From: an uncultured bacterium | GTDB taxonomy: Bacteria; Verrucomicrobiota; Verrucomicrobiia; Verrucomicrobiales; V1-33 | Direction of reading: 5' to 3' | NCBI GenBank assembly: GCA_903936775.1 | Contig: CAIZWU010000273.1 | Coordinates: forward strand, 18,030 to 82,029 | Length of the DNA stretch: 64,000 nucleotides | Part shown: positions 35,110-43,400 of the stretch, one piece after another | Numbering within the stretch: position 1 is the first letter of the stretch | How the letters are laid out: each line of letters starts with the position of its first letter | Notes under the pieces: generated by a model | The model's input: only the letters and a program-made list of their open reading frames with translations | The model's database searches: none | What the model was told of the DNA's origin: nothing | Position numbers and translations under genes: made by a program

Positions 35110-35601
35110 ATGCCATCCAAAACCACTTCAGACAAACTCGCTAAACTTGCAGGTTTCGGCAAAATGGCGGGAGAGGCTCCCGCCGCCGCCGCCCACGAAG
35201 CCATGACCGCAGCGGCAGCTCTGCCGGCAATTCCACCTGCTTCGCCCCCGCTCGTGGAGCAAACGCCCCCTGAAGGAATCCCTGTCCAGGAGGCCGCAGC
35301 GCCCAGTGTGGCAGTTTCCGCTCCTTCCAAACCAGCAGAAAAGGCGGTTTCGGCTCCACTTCGGATCATGCCTCCGCCAGTGATCCAAGAGGCTAAACTC
35401 GTCCGAAACGTCGTTTTTCTGCCGGAGGATCAAATTGAGCTGGATCGTCTGGAAGACATTCTTCGGGCGGGGGGCGTCCGGAAGCCAAATCTCTCTGATC
35501 TGGTGCGGGTAGCGCTACGGTCGGCAAACCCCCAGCCCCAGGAAGCTGCGGACCTATTCCGAGCGGCCAAGGCCCTCGATGCCCGTCGGAAGAAAGAATA
35601 A
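35110..35601 (+). CDS. Partition adaptor / centromere-binding candidate (ParG/RHH-like C-terminus)
   Basis: Ala/Pro-rich disordered N-terminal half. The C-terminus VVFLPEDQIELDRLEDILRAGGVRKPNLSDLVRVALRS resembles the beta-strand-helix-helix of RHH proteins. It lies immediately after parA. Confidence 0.45.
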   Translation: MPSKTTSDKLAKLAGFGKMAGEAPAAAAHEAMTAAAALPAIPPASPPLVEQTPPEGIPVQEAAAPSVAVSAPSKPAEKAVSAPLRIMPPPVIQEAKLVRNVVFLPEDQIELDRLEDILRAGGVRKPNLSDLVRVALRSANPQPQEAADLFRAAKALDARRKKE

Positions 35602-35635
35602 GTCTCAAAGGGGTCGATTTCCCAAAAACCAGTTG

Positions 35636-35666
35636 TGCGGCAATGCGGCAATGCGACATTGCCGCA
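35636..35666 (+). promoter_or_regulatory. Operator-like repeat at the vapB start
   Basis: TGCGGCAATG occurs twice in tandem (35636-35645, 35644-35653). Its perfect reverse complement CATTGCCGCA lies at 35657-35666, a 3-nt spacer away, and ends on the A of the vapB ATG. Confidence 0.4.
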
Positions 35667-35911
35667 TGACAACAGTAGTTCCAATCAGTAAACGGGGGAC
35701 CGTCACGCTGCCACCCGCCCTGCGTCGTAAATTTGGGTTCGGGGCAGGGGAAAATCCCCTGATCGTCATTGAGGAGAGAGATGGGGAAATTGTTCTCCGC
35801 CCCGCCTCGGCGGTCACTGTGCGGGATATCCCGGCCCAAGTAATTCAGGGCTGGATCGCGGAAGATGAGGCCGGAATGCGTGAATTTGAATCCCTCGCGC
35901 GGCCTTCATGA
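35666..35911 (+). CDS. vapB: AbrB/SpoVT/MazE-fold antitoxin (VapB-like)
   Basis: From ATG 35666: MTTVVPISKRGTVTLPPALRRKFGFGAGENPLIVIEERDGEIVLRP, the swapped-hairpin AbrB motif (kgqvtIP..iR..lgl..Gd.l....). ATGA overlap with the PIN gene. Confidence 0.75.
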   Translation: MTTVVPISKRGTVTLPPALRRKFGFGAGENPLIVIEERDGEIVLRPASAVTVRDIPAQVIQGWIAEDEAGMREFESLARPS

Positions 35912-36333
35912 TTCTGTTTTTGGACACCAGCGTCCTGCTGGCCGCCTCCGGATCAGCCACGGGGGCCGCCCGTTTTGTCTGCCGGAACGGGGTAGAGCAG
36001 GGGTGGACCCTGCTCACCTCCGGTTACTGCCTCCAAGAAACCCTCCGCAACCTCCCCAAAATCGGCCCAACCGCCGCCGTCACTTGGGAAACCGAAATCC
36101 AGCCGGTGCTGCAACTGGTGCCGGACGCCCTCGCCATGGGAGAACGAGCCTTGGTGTTCCCCAAAGCCAAGGACCGCCCGGTGGTCATCACCGCCCTCGC
36201 CGCCGAAGTCGCCGTCCTGCTGACGCTGGACCGGACCGATTTTCACGGGGCGCTGGGGCGGGAAATTTACGGGATGAGGATCCGAACCCCTGCGGATTTC
36301 CTGATTGAGCAGCGGAAAGTTGGCCTGATTTAG
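35908..36333 (+). CDS. vapC: PIN-domain toxin (VapC-like)
   Basis: MILFLDTSVLLAA (first acidic residue), QETLRNL, KDRPVVITA and LLTLDRTDF. Acidic residues are spaced as in PIN domains. Confidence 0.8.
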   Translation: MILFLDTSVLLAASGSATGAARFVCRNGVEQGWTLLTSGYCLQETLRNLPKIGPTAAVTWETEIQPVLQLVPDALAMGERALVFPKAKDRPVVITALAAEVAVLLTLDRTDFHGALGREIYGMRIRTPADFLIEQRKVGLI

Positions 36334-36346
36334 AGGAATTGCGGTG

Positions 36347-36417
36347 ATTGCACAATAATACCAATTTCTCAGATTGGATGTTGAAACCAAGACAATAAGA
36401 ATTATTATTGTGTAATC
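36347..36417. repeat. AT-rich inverted repeat (14 bp, 1 mismatch) with nested 5-bp IR
   Basis: ATTGCACAATAATA (36347-36360) versus the reverse complement of 36404-36417 (ATTACACAATAATA). The inner pair is CCAAT...ATTGG (36361-36377). It may be a terminator for vapBC or a recombinase site, and it is the only strongly AT-rich patch between vapC and the recombinase gene. Confidence 0.4.
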
Positions 36418-36500
36418 GGATTTGCCCGTAGAAGCGCCCCTCGGAGGCGGTTTTCCCCGTCACGGCACCTTCCGCACCCCGAAATCACCCGTAAACCTGA

Positions 36501-37019
36501 ATGGCCTCTACTATTCCTCCACCGGATCCGGACCGCATCGAGGATGCGGTGCTGGCCTTGCTCTGGCTGACCTCCTTTTCGGAAGGTCATGGGGGCTTTG
36601 CCTGCCGCCGGGCATGGAAAGGGCACGACTGGGAAGCGTTGGGGCGGCTTCACCAAAAGGGGCTCATTAGCGACCCGGTCGGAAAGTCCAAATCCATCGT
36701 CTTCACGGATGAGGGAGCGGCGAGGGCAGGGGAGTTGTTCGGCAAGATGTTTTGCGGAACCCTACCGGCGGAGAGTCCGCCGAAAAAAAGGCAGCCGTTT
36801 GCGCCATCGGCGATCCGGCTGTGGGAGGCCATCCCGGAACTGCACCGTGAACAAATTTTGAATAACGTTTTTTGCGGCCATTGCGCCGACATGTGCCGCA
36901 TCGAGGACTTTACCGGGATCAAGGAGTTGGGTGATCTGATCCTACGTGGATTTTGCGGGAAGTGCGGAAACGTCGTGGTCCGGTTGATTGAAACCGCGGA
37001 GGAACAATCCCGTGGCTGA
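36501..37019 (+). CDS. DUF6429-like N-terminal domain protein with C-terminal Cys4 zinc-ribbon-like motif
   Basis: IEDAVLALLWLTSF...RAWKGHDWEALGRLHQKGLISDPVGKSKSIVFTDEGAARAGELF fits my recollection of DUF6429. The C-terminus carries CGHC...C...CGKC. Confidence 0.5.
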   Translation: MASTIPPPDPDRIEDAVLALLWLTSFSEGHGGFACRRAWKGHDWEALGRLHQKGLISDPVGKSKSIVFTDEGAARAGELFGKMFCGTLPAESPPKKRQPFAPSAIRLWEAIPELHREQILNNVFCGHCADMCRIEDFTGIKELGDLILRGFCGKCGNVVVRLIETAEEQSRG

Positions 37020-37932
37020 ATCCTCTTCCACCCTCTTGGAGCGCCTCTCCATTGCTGCCCGCGACCGGCAGCTCGCGGCCCCGACTTTGGCGGCTTACCG
37101 GCGGACGTGGCTTAAGCTGGTGGCGTGGACCACGGCTTCCGGGTTTGATCTGGGGAGCCTCCCAAGGGAAAATGCCCGTTCCTATTACGAGGACTTGACG
37201 GGCAATCGCTCCGCCTCCCATCACCTCCAAGTGAAGGCGGGCATCGCATTCCTGTATAAAGTCCTGGATAAACCGAGTCCGTTCGTGGATTGCCTAGCCC
37301 CCCGGTTCCGTCCTGATGCGCAGGAAATCAAATTCCTCGAAGCGGCGGATCTGGCCAAAGTGCTCCTGGCGCTGCGGGAGCTGGGCACGGACTATTTCGG
37401 GCGGCTGGCCGCGCATTTGGCGGAAGCGCTCTTTTTTACGGCCTGCCGGTTCCACGAGTGGGCGCTGCTTTCCACTGACCGGCTGGTCCGCAACGGGGCA
37501 GGGGATTTCACCGCCGCCCGGCTCAAGGTGAAGGGGGGAAAATATCGCGATGTCCCGCTGATGCCGCGGCTGTCGGATTCCCTCCGTGAGTGGGCCGTCT
37601 TTCTCGAAGGCCTCAAAGGAATGCGCCTGCGCCGGGGAGCGGTGGAGTTCGCCGGAAGCGAACTCGTGTTCCCTGGGCGCGATGGCGTGGCCATCAGCAA
37701 CCAGGCGTTCAACCGACGCCTCGCCGCCGCGTGCCACGCCGCCGGGGTTCCGGTCATCAGTGCCCACGGCCTGAGGCATAGCGCTGCCAATTTGCTGCTC
37801 AACGAACGCGGCCGTAATATCCGGGAACTGCAGGAGCTGCTCGGCCACCGGAGCTTGGCCACCACCGCCCGTTACACTCACATCGACCGCGAACGCCTCC
37901 GGGGGGTGGTCGCTGATCTTGCCCTGCCATGA
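36988..37932 (+). CDS. Tyrosine recombinase (XerC/XerD-like integrase)
   Basis: N-terminal SAM-like core-binding domain (TLAAYRRTWLKLVAW). Catalytic region FFTACRFHEWALL (R), LRHSAANLLL (H-x-x-R box) and LLGHRSLATTARYTHI (H...Y). A GTG at 37012 is an alternative start. Confidence 0.85.
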   Translation: MKPRRNNPVAESSSTLLERLSIAARDRQLAAPTLAAYRRTWLKLVAWTTASGFDLGSLPRENARSYYEDLTGNRSASHHLQVKAGIAFLYKVLDKPSPFVDCLAPRFRPDAQEIKFLEAADLAKVLLALRELGTDYFGRLAAHLAEALFFTACRFHEWALLSTDRLVRNGAGDFTAARLKVKGGKYRDVPLMPRLSDSLREWAVFLEGLKGMRLRRGAVEFAGSELVFPGRDGVAISNQAFNRRLAAACHAAGVPVISAHGLRHSAANLLLNERGRNIRELQELLGHRSLATTARYTHIDRERLRGVVADLALP

Positions 37933-38537
37933 TTTCAGCTGGTCCCAGAACCAAACGAAAATCCGTCGGCCAGGCGGCCGTCAATGCCCACGCCGTCCGC
38001 GCGGTGGTGCAGATTTTGTTTGCGACAGGAAAGGCCTACACCATCGAGACGCTGCGCGAGAAGTTGCGGGAGTTTTTCGTGGGGGAAGGGGATTCCGAAA
38101 AACGGGCGGTGGCCGCCCTTTCTACGGTGCAGCTCATCACCGCCCTGCTGGAAGCCAGTCCCGCCTTGGAAACCCTCGGCCTGCAAATCCGCCTGACGAA
38201 TGGCACCGCTCAAATGTTCACCGGACGCATTCAAAATGAAATGCTGTCCGCGTTCATCGCCGAACGCGTCCCGGCCTCCAGCGGGGCAGGGGAGTTGACC
38301 CAGGCTGCCTTGGAAGTTCTTTCCTGCATCGCCTTCAAACAGCCCGTCAGTCAGGGGGAGATCGATCAAATCTTCGGCGATACCGACAAGCGCCACCTCG
38401 TTTCCGTGCTTCGGCAGTTGGAGTTGGTTGAAGAATTTGCCGGGCCAGATGGCCGACTGCGGTTTGCGACGACTGGTAAATTTTTGGACCGATTTGGTTT
38501 GAGTTCAATCGACGATCTGCACGGTCACTCTTTTTGA
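37929..38537 (+). CDS. ScpB-like (segregation and condensation protein B family) winged-helix protein
   Basis: ALEVLSCIAFKQPVSQGEIDQIFGDTDKRHLVSVLRQLELVEEFAGPDGRLRFATTGKFLDRFGLSSIDDL matches the ScpB pattern (LE.LaiIAY.QPitr.EIe.iRGv.....l..L.e.glI...Gr...pGRP.ly.TT..FL..FGL.sl.dL). ATGA overlap with the recombinase gene. Confidence 0.75.
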   Translation: MISAGPRTKRKSVGQAAVNAHAVRAVVQILFATGKAYTIETLREKLREFFVGEGDSEKRAVAALSTVQLITALLEASPALETLGLQIRLTNGTAQMFTGRIQNEMLSAFIAERVPASSGAGELTQAALEVLSCIAFKQPVSQGEIDQIFGDTDKRHLVSVLRQLELVEEFAGPDGRLRFATTGKFLDRFGLSSIDDLHGHSF

Positions 38538-38602
38538 GTGAACCAACCCGGGAAGTCGCGGGTAATTCCCCTCAACCGCAAGCACCCATGGCAAGGCGTC
38601 GA

Positions 38603-38794
38603 TCACATCGTGGGCGCGCCACTGCCGGTGGCCGCCACAACCTCAACCTTCAGGCTGTGCAGTCCAAGAATCGTCAGGGCGCCCGCTTTGCCTGTGCTTA
38701 CAAGAAACTGGCGTCGCGAAGCCCCGGAGTTCCAGTCGTGGCCGGGAGGGGAAGCGGCCCCTGTTTTTTGCGGGTTTGAGGAGGTCTCTTTCAT
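38603..38794 (-). pseudogene. Orphan N-terminal fragment with twin-arginine (Tat) signal
   Basis: MKETSSNPQKTGAASPPGHDWNSGASRRQFLVSTGKAGALTILG is a Tat-type signal peptide (SRRxFL plus an h-region), but the ORF stops about 15 aa later. It looks like the 5' remnant of a truncated gene at a backbone/cargo junction. Confidence 0.3.
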
Positions 38795-38855
38795 GGAGAT
38801 TAATTTTGCCAGACTAGAGATTATGTGATGACAAGTCAACAATCCTGTCGATTAA

Positions 38856-39659
38856 TTGCGGTCAATGGGGTCCCGGCATCTTGTCTACACTATCGCGTTT
38901 GATCCGCCTGGCTGTTCCAGCCACCGGGCACTGGCAAAAATGTTGGCCTCCTCGCTGGTGAAAACCTATTTTCCGGGGGACGTGATGATTTTCCGGAACA
39001 CCGGAGCACCACTTTTCCTGGTGGAGCGGAAAGGATTGGAGGAAGTGTTTATTGAAACGCCTGAACTGCACGGCTCGGAGGCAGCGGAGTATTCCTGGGA
39101 ATGGAAATACCGTGTGGCAGAGCGGATTCCGGCGGACCGGTATGACCGGATCCTGTTCCTGGACTGTGATTGCCTCGCTTTGCGCAATCTGGATCATCTG
39201 CTGGAAGGGGATTGGGACATTGCCTACAAAGCCGAGCCTGGCCTGCGCATCACCCTGCCGCAATTCCATTGCTTCCTTACGGAGGAGGAAATGCAAACCC
39301 TGTGGTGCGATGGGGTAAACAGCGGAACCTTTGCCGTCCGGGGTTCCCGGTTCCATGAGGTGATGAAAGCCTGGGAAGCGATTGATCAATCCGAGCCGAA
39401 CCGCCAGCGAAACTGCAGCGATCAGGCTTCGTGGAACCGCCTGCTGTTGGATACCCCCCTTAAAATCCGTCCCTTTCCTGCGGGGGAGGTGGTGTTTCCG
39501 ATGTATCTGGATTCCCACTTCCAGCAATATTCCAAGGCGGCGCTGACCCACAACCTCGGCGGCAATGTGCTGGAAAAGGTGCATTTTACTTTCGGGCTCT
39601 ACATGCAGAATTTTTACTGTGATCCCACCGCATTGTTCTTGCAATTTCTGGAGGTTTAA
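38856..39659 (+). CDS. Glycosyltransferase, GT8-like (nucleotide-diphospho-sugar transferase fold)
   Basis: YDRILFLDCDCLALRNLDHLL (DxD-type motif) and VNSGTFAVRG (compare NSGVm). About 267 aa with no signal peptide. Confidence 0.6.
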   Translation: MRSMGSRHLVYTIAFDPPGCSSHRALAKMLASSLVKTYFPGDVMIFRNTGAPLFLVERKGLEEVFIETPELHGSEAAEYSWEWKYRVAERIPADRYDRILFLDCDCLALRNLDHLLEGDWDIAYKAEPGLRITLPQFHCFLTEEEMQTLWCDGVNSGTFAVRGSRFHEVMKAWEAIDQSEPNRQRNCSDQASWNRLLLDTPLKIRPFPAGEVVFPMYLDSHFQQYSKAALTHNLGGNVLEKVHFTFGLYMQNFYCDPTALFLQFLEV

Positions 39660-39668
39660 CTGGCCACT

Positions 39669-40334
39669 ATGGATCTGGACTTTGAAATTCCCTATAAAGT
39701 GTGTTTGAATCCGCCGCGGATGGAAGAGCGGCGTCGGACGGTGTCGGAAATGTTCCGCATGCACCGTCTCCGGGTGATTCGGTGGCCCTCGAGGGAAAAT
39801 GGGGGAAGACGGCATTCAAGAGGTTTTGCCAACGCGGGCTTAAGGGAAAATTACCTCACGTTCCTGCTGGCGGTGCGTAAAGCCCGCGCGCTCGGACGGA
39901 AGGCTCTGCTTTTTCTGGAGGATGATGTGATTCTGCACGATCAGTTCAGGGAACGAGCCGCCGATTTGGAGGTGCCATCAGATTGGGGACTGCTCTATTT
40001 CGGTTGTCTGCACATGGAGCGCCCGGAATTCACGGGTCCGGGCTTGCTACGGGTGGCCCGTGCCTTGGATACCCACGCGGTGGCGGTCAACAGCCGTTAT
40101 TACAAAACCATTCTGCATTCCTTGAGGATCAGGCGGGCAGCGGCTGGGGCAACGGCCTCGCCTCCCCTGGACGTGGCTCTGAGCATACTGCATAAAACGA
40201 TCCCCACTTATGCGGTCTGGCCCAATCTGGCCTGGCAGCGATTGGGATACTCATATCACAGCGGGGGGATCTATTCCAATTACACTGAGGATGGAAGTCA
40301 GGGGTTCATGCCGGAGGTCGTCAGCGGATTGTGA
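39669..40334 (+). CDS. Glycosyltransferase, GT25-like (LPS/LOS-type)
   Basis: VCLNPPRMEERRRTVSEMFRMHRLRVIRWPS (compare the ylINL.r...R GT25 start), ALLFLEDDVILHDQF, and THAVAVNSRYYKTIL. This is a weak motif-level call. Confidence 0.5.
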   Translation: MDLDFEIPYKVCLNPPRMEERRRTVSEMFRMHRLRVIRWPSRENGGRRHSRGFANAGLRENYLTFLLAVRKARALGRKALLFLEDDVILHDQFRERAADLEVPSDWGLLYFGCLHMERPEFTGPGLLRVARALDTHAVAVNSRYYKTILHSLRIRRAAAGATASPPLDVALSILHKTIPTYAVWPNLAWQRLGYSYHSGGIYSNYTEDGSQGFMPEVVSGL

Positions 40335-40411
40335 ATCTCTTCCGCTAATTTGCTTGCTCTTTACTTGGTTTCCCGGCAAATAACTGATATTCACCGGAAA
40401 AGGTGAGTGAA

Positions 40412-43400
40412 ATGCGATTTCGTTTGCCCATGAATGCGGTTTTGATTCACACTTTTCTTTCCACGGCGGTGGCGGCGCTGTCCGTGGCCCAGGCCGTGGA
40501 GTTGCCTTTAAACATGGATTTTACATCCGGGAAAGACTTTTGGATCGGTCCGCTCAACGGGCAGCAAGGATGGAAGACGGAGCAGGGAACCGCACAGATT
40601 CAGGAGGAGGAAGGGACATTCTATCTATCCATTCCCCCCCAGGAGCCCAGCGGACAGGCTTCGGTTTATTTTTCACCACCACCATCGCCCCAACCTCTTT
40701 TCCTTGATTTGGAGGTAAGGCTGGGAGCTGGAAACGGGAATGCGGAATTTGCGGATGCCAACGGCTCGCTGGCAGCACTAGTGCGCGTCGATTCGGAAGG
40801 ACGGCTGCTGGCCCGCCACCAGGAGGAAAGCGGCGGAGCCGAGTGGCTGGATACCCAGGTCCGGCTGGCGCTGGACGGCACCGGGACCATGCGGGACTGG
40901 ACCCGGATGACCATTCGTCAGGATCCCCTGTTGGGAACATGGGATTTGTATGTGAATGGTCTCATGAAAGCGGCCAATTTCGGCAGTCTTCCCGACGAGC
41001 GGGAATCAACCGGCTATTTCACTCTCCTGGGCGACGCGACGCATGAGGTGCGGCTGCGGCGGTTGGCCATCGCGGACAAAAACATGCTTTTCCCTGATGC
41101 GGATGCCGACGGCCTGCCGGATGCTTGGCAGGATAAATTGTCCAGACGCGGACGGGATGAAGATCCAGACGTGGATGGATTGACCAATCTGGAGGAATAT
41201 GTCGCAGGCACCAACCCGCGCCTGCCGGATACCGACGGGGACGGTGTCAGCGATGCCGGGGAATTGCGGGCAGGCACGGATCCGCTCAAAGCCCAGGAAC
41301 AGGAGCCAGGAGGGGTAGTGGAGGATTTCTGGCTCGCGGACAATTCCGGCCTGACAACCTTGCCAGCCTCCCTGTATGACTCCCGCCATGGTGGTCTTTT
41401 CTCCCGCCCGGTTTCCCTGAGGAGTGCTCTGAACCGGTTGGACTTTCAGGGAGTTCTCGACAATCATTATGTCTCCCGCGTGCGTGGGCTTATCACGGCC
41501 CCCGTCAGTGGCGACTACACCTTCTGGGTTGCCGGAAACGATACGGCGGAATTTTGGCTGAGCGGGGATGATGCCCCTTTCCTGCGTAAGTTTATCGCCC
41601 GGAGCCATGCTCCTTCAGGCTGTCATGCATTCGATGAATTCGCGTCGCAAAAGTCCCGCCAGGTGCGTTTGGAGGCCGGACAAAGTTACTACTTTGAGGT
41701 CCTGCATCGCGCCACCAACGGGCAGAATCATTTCTCGGTGGCTTGGCAGGTGCCGGGACAGCGCCGTGAGATCCTTGGCGGCAAAGTGTTGAGTGCATGG
41801 ACCGGGGATGCGCGGGACGCCAATGATGACGGCTTGCCGGACGAGTGGCAAACAGCCAACGGATTATCCGTTGTCACCGGGAAAAGAGAGGCCGAAGCCG
41901 ACCCGGATAGGGATCGCCTGACTAATCTTGAGGAATACCGTTACGGAACCGATCCCCAAAAACCCGACGCCGCCGCCCGGCGTGGGCTGATCACCCGCGA
42001 TGTTTGGTTTGGCATGCCGGGCCGCTATCTTTTTGATGCCGCCAATGGTGGGTCGGAATTTCCACGCAACCCTTGGTGGACCGAATATTTGGAAGAGTTT
42101 GAAGGGCCGCGTGACGTGGGGCAGGATTTTCTCGGCCGCATCCGTGGAGCGGTGATCATTCCTGAATCCGGGGAATATAGCTTTCATATTGCAGCCGATG
42201 ATCAGGCCGAGCTTTGGCTGGGCAAAGGGCCGGAGAATTCCAGCAAGGAGAAAGTGGCCACCGTCCCGGTTTATACGGCGTGGCATCAATGGCGGGCGTT
42301 CCCGTCCCAAACCTCCACTCCCCGGGTCTTCGAAAAGGGGGAGGTGTTGTACATTGAGGCGCTGCATAAGCAGGGATTGGGCGATAATCACCTGTCCGTG
42401 GCATGGACCCGCCCGGGCCGTTCCGCTCCGGAGGTTATCAGCGGGGAAAATCTGGTTTCCTGGAGTTCCCAGCCGGATGATGCCGATGACAACGGCCTTC
42501 CGGATGAATGGGAGGCGCAGCGCGGATTGCGTAACCAAAGCGCGGGTGGATTAAACTTCCGGAAATCGAGCGCCGTGGGGGATGCGGATGGGGATGGTGT
42601 TTCCAATGAAGCGGAACGCCTCGCGGGAACCAATCCCATGGATGTTTCCGCCTTTCCATCCACAGGACTATCCTGGGAGCTGTGGGATGGGGTGCCTGGA
42701 AATACCCTCACCGGACTGGAGGCAATCCGTGCTTTCCCCTCAGGGCCTTCGCGCAGGAAGGCACTCGTCAATCTTGACTATGCCGGCGTGGGGACGAATT
42801 ATTTGTCACGGGTCAGGGGATATGTAGTGCCTCCCGTTACCGGCAATTATACCTTCTCCCTGGCCGGGGCGGACAATTGTGAATTCTGGCTCAGCACGGA
42901 TGACAGTCCGTTCCACAAAAACCGGATCGCCCAGGTCGCCGTGTTCACCCCTTGGCGTCACCGGGAGTGGAACAGTAAACAAAGCTCCGTGCTTCTGCCG
43001 CTGGAGGCGGGCAAAAAATACTATGTGGAGATTCTCCACAAAAAGGGCGCTGGTCCGGATCATCTTTCCGCAGGTTGGAACGTGCCCGGGATGGGGCAGA
43101 CCATCCTTCTGGGGGACTTCCTGGTGCCTTATGCGGGGACTCCTGCCGATCAGGATGATGATGGGCTTCCAGATGATTGGGAAACGGCCCATGGTCTCAA
43201 TTCCGCAGTGGCGGCCGGAGCGGACGGGGCCTTTGGCGATCCCGACCATGACCTCCTGAACAACTATCAGGAATGGCGAAGTGGCTCCGATCCGCAGCGC
43301 GCGGATGTGGCAAAAATTCCCGGCCTCGCCTTGTGGGAGCTTTGGGAAAGTGTTCCCGGTATCACGCTTGACCGCCTAACGGGGAATCCCCGTTTTCCGG

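Noticed and set aside
38862-39815. 317-aa minus-strand ORF spanning both glycosyltransferase genes.
   Set aside because: It is Arg/Pro/His/Gln-rich with no motifs. It crosses the intergenic gap between two well-supported plus-strand genes that carry the DxD and NSG motifs. It is an antisense shadow ORF. Similar shadows were dismissed at 41006..41608, 41864..42538, 44210..45082, 47587..48252, 48973..49707 and 50665..51366.
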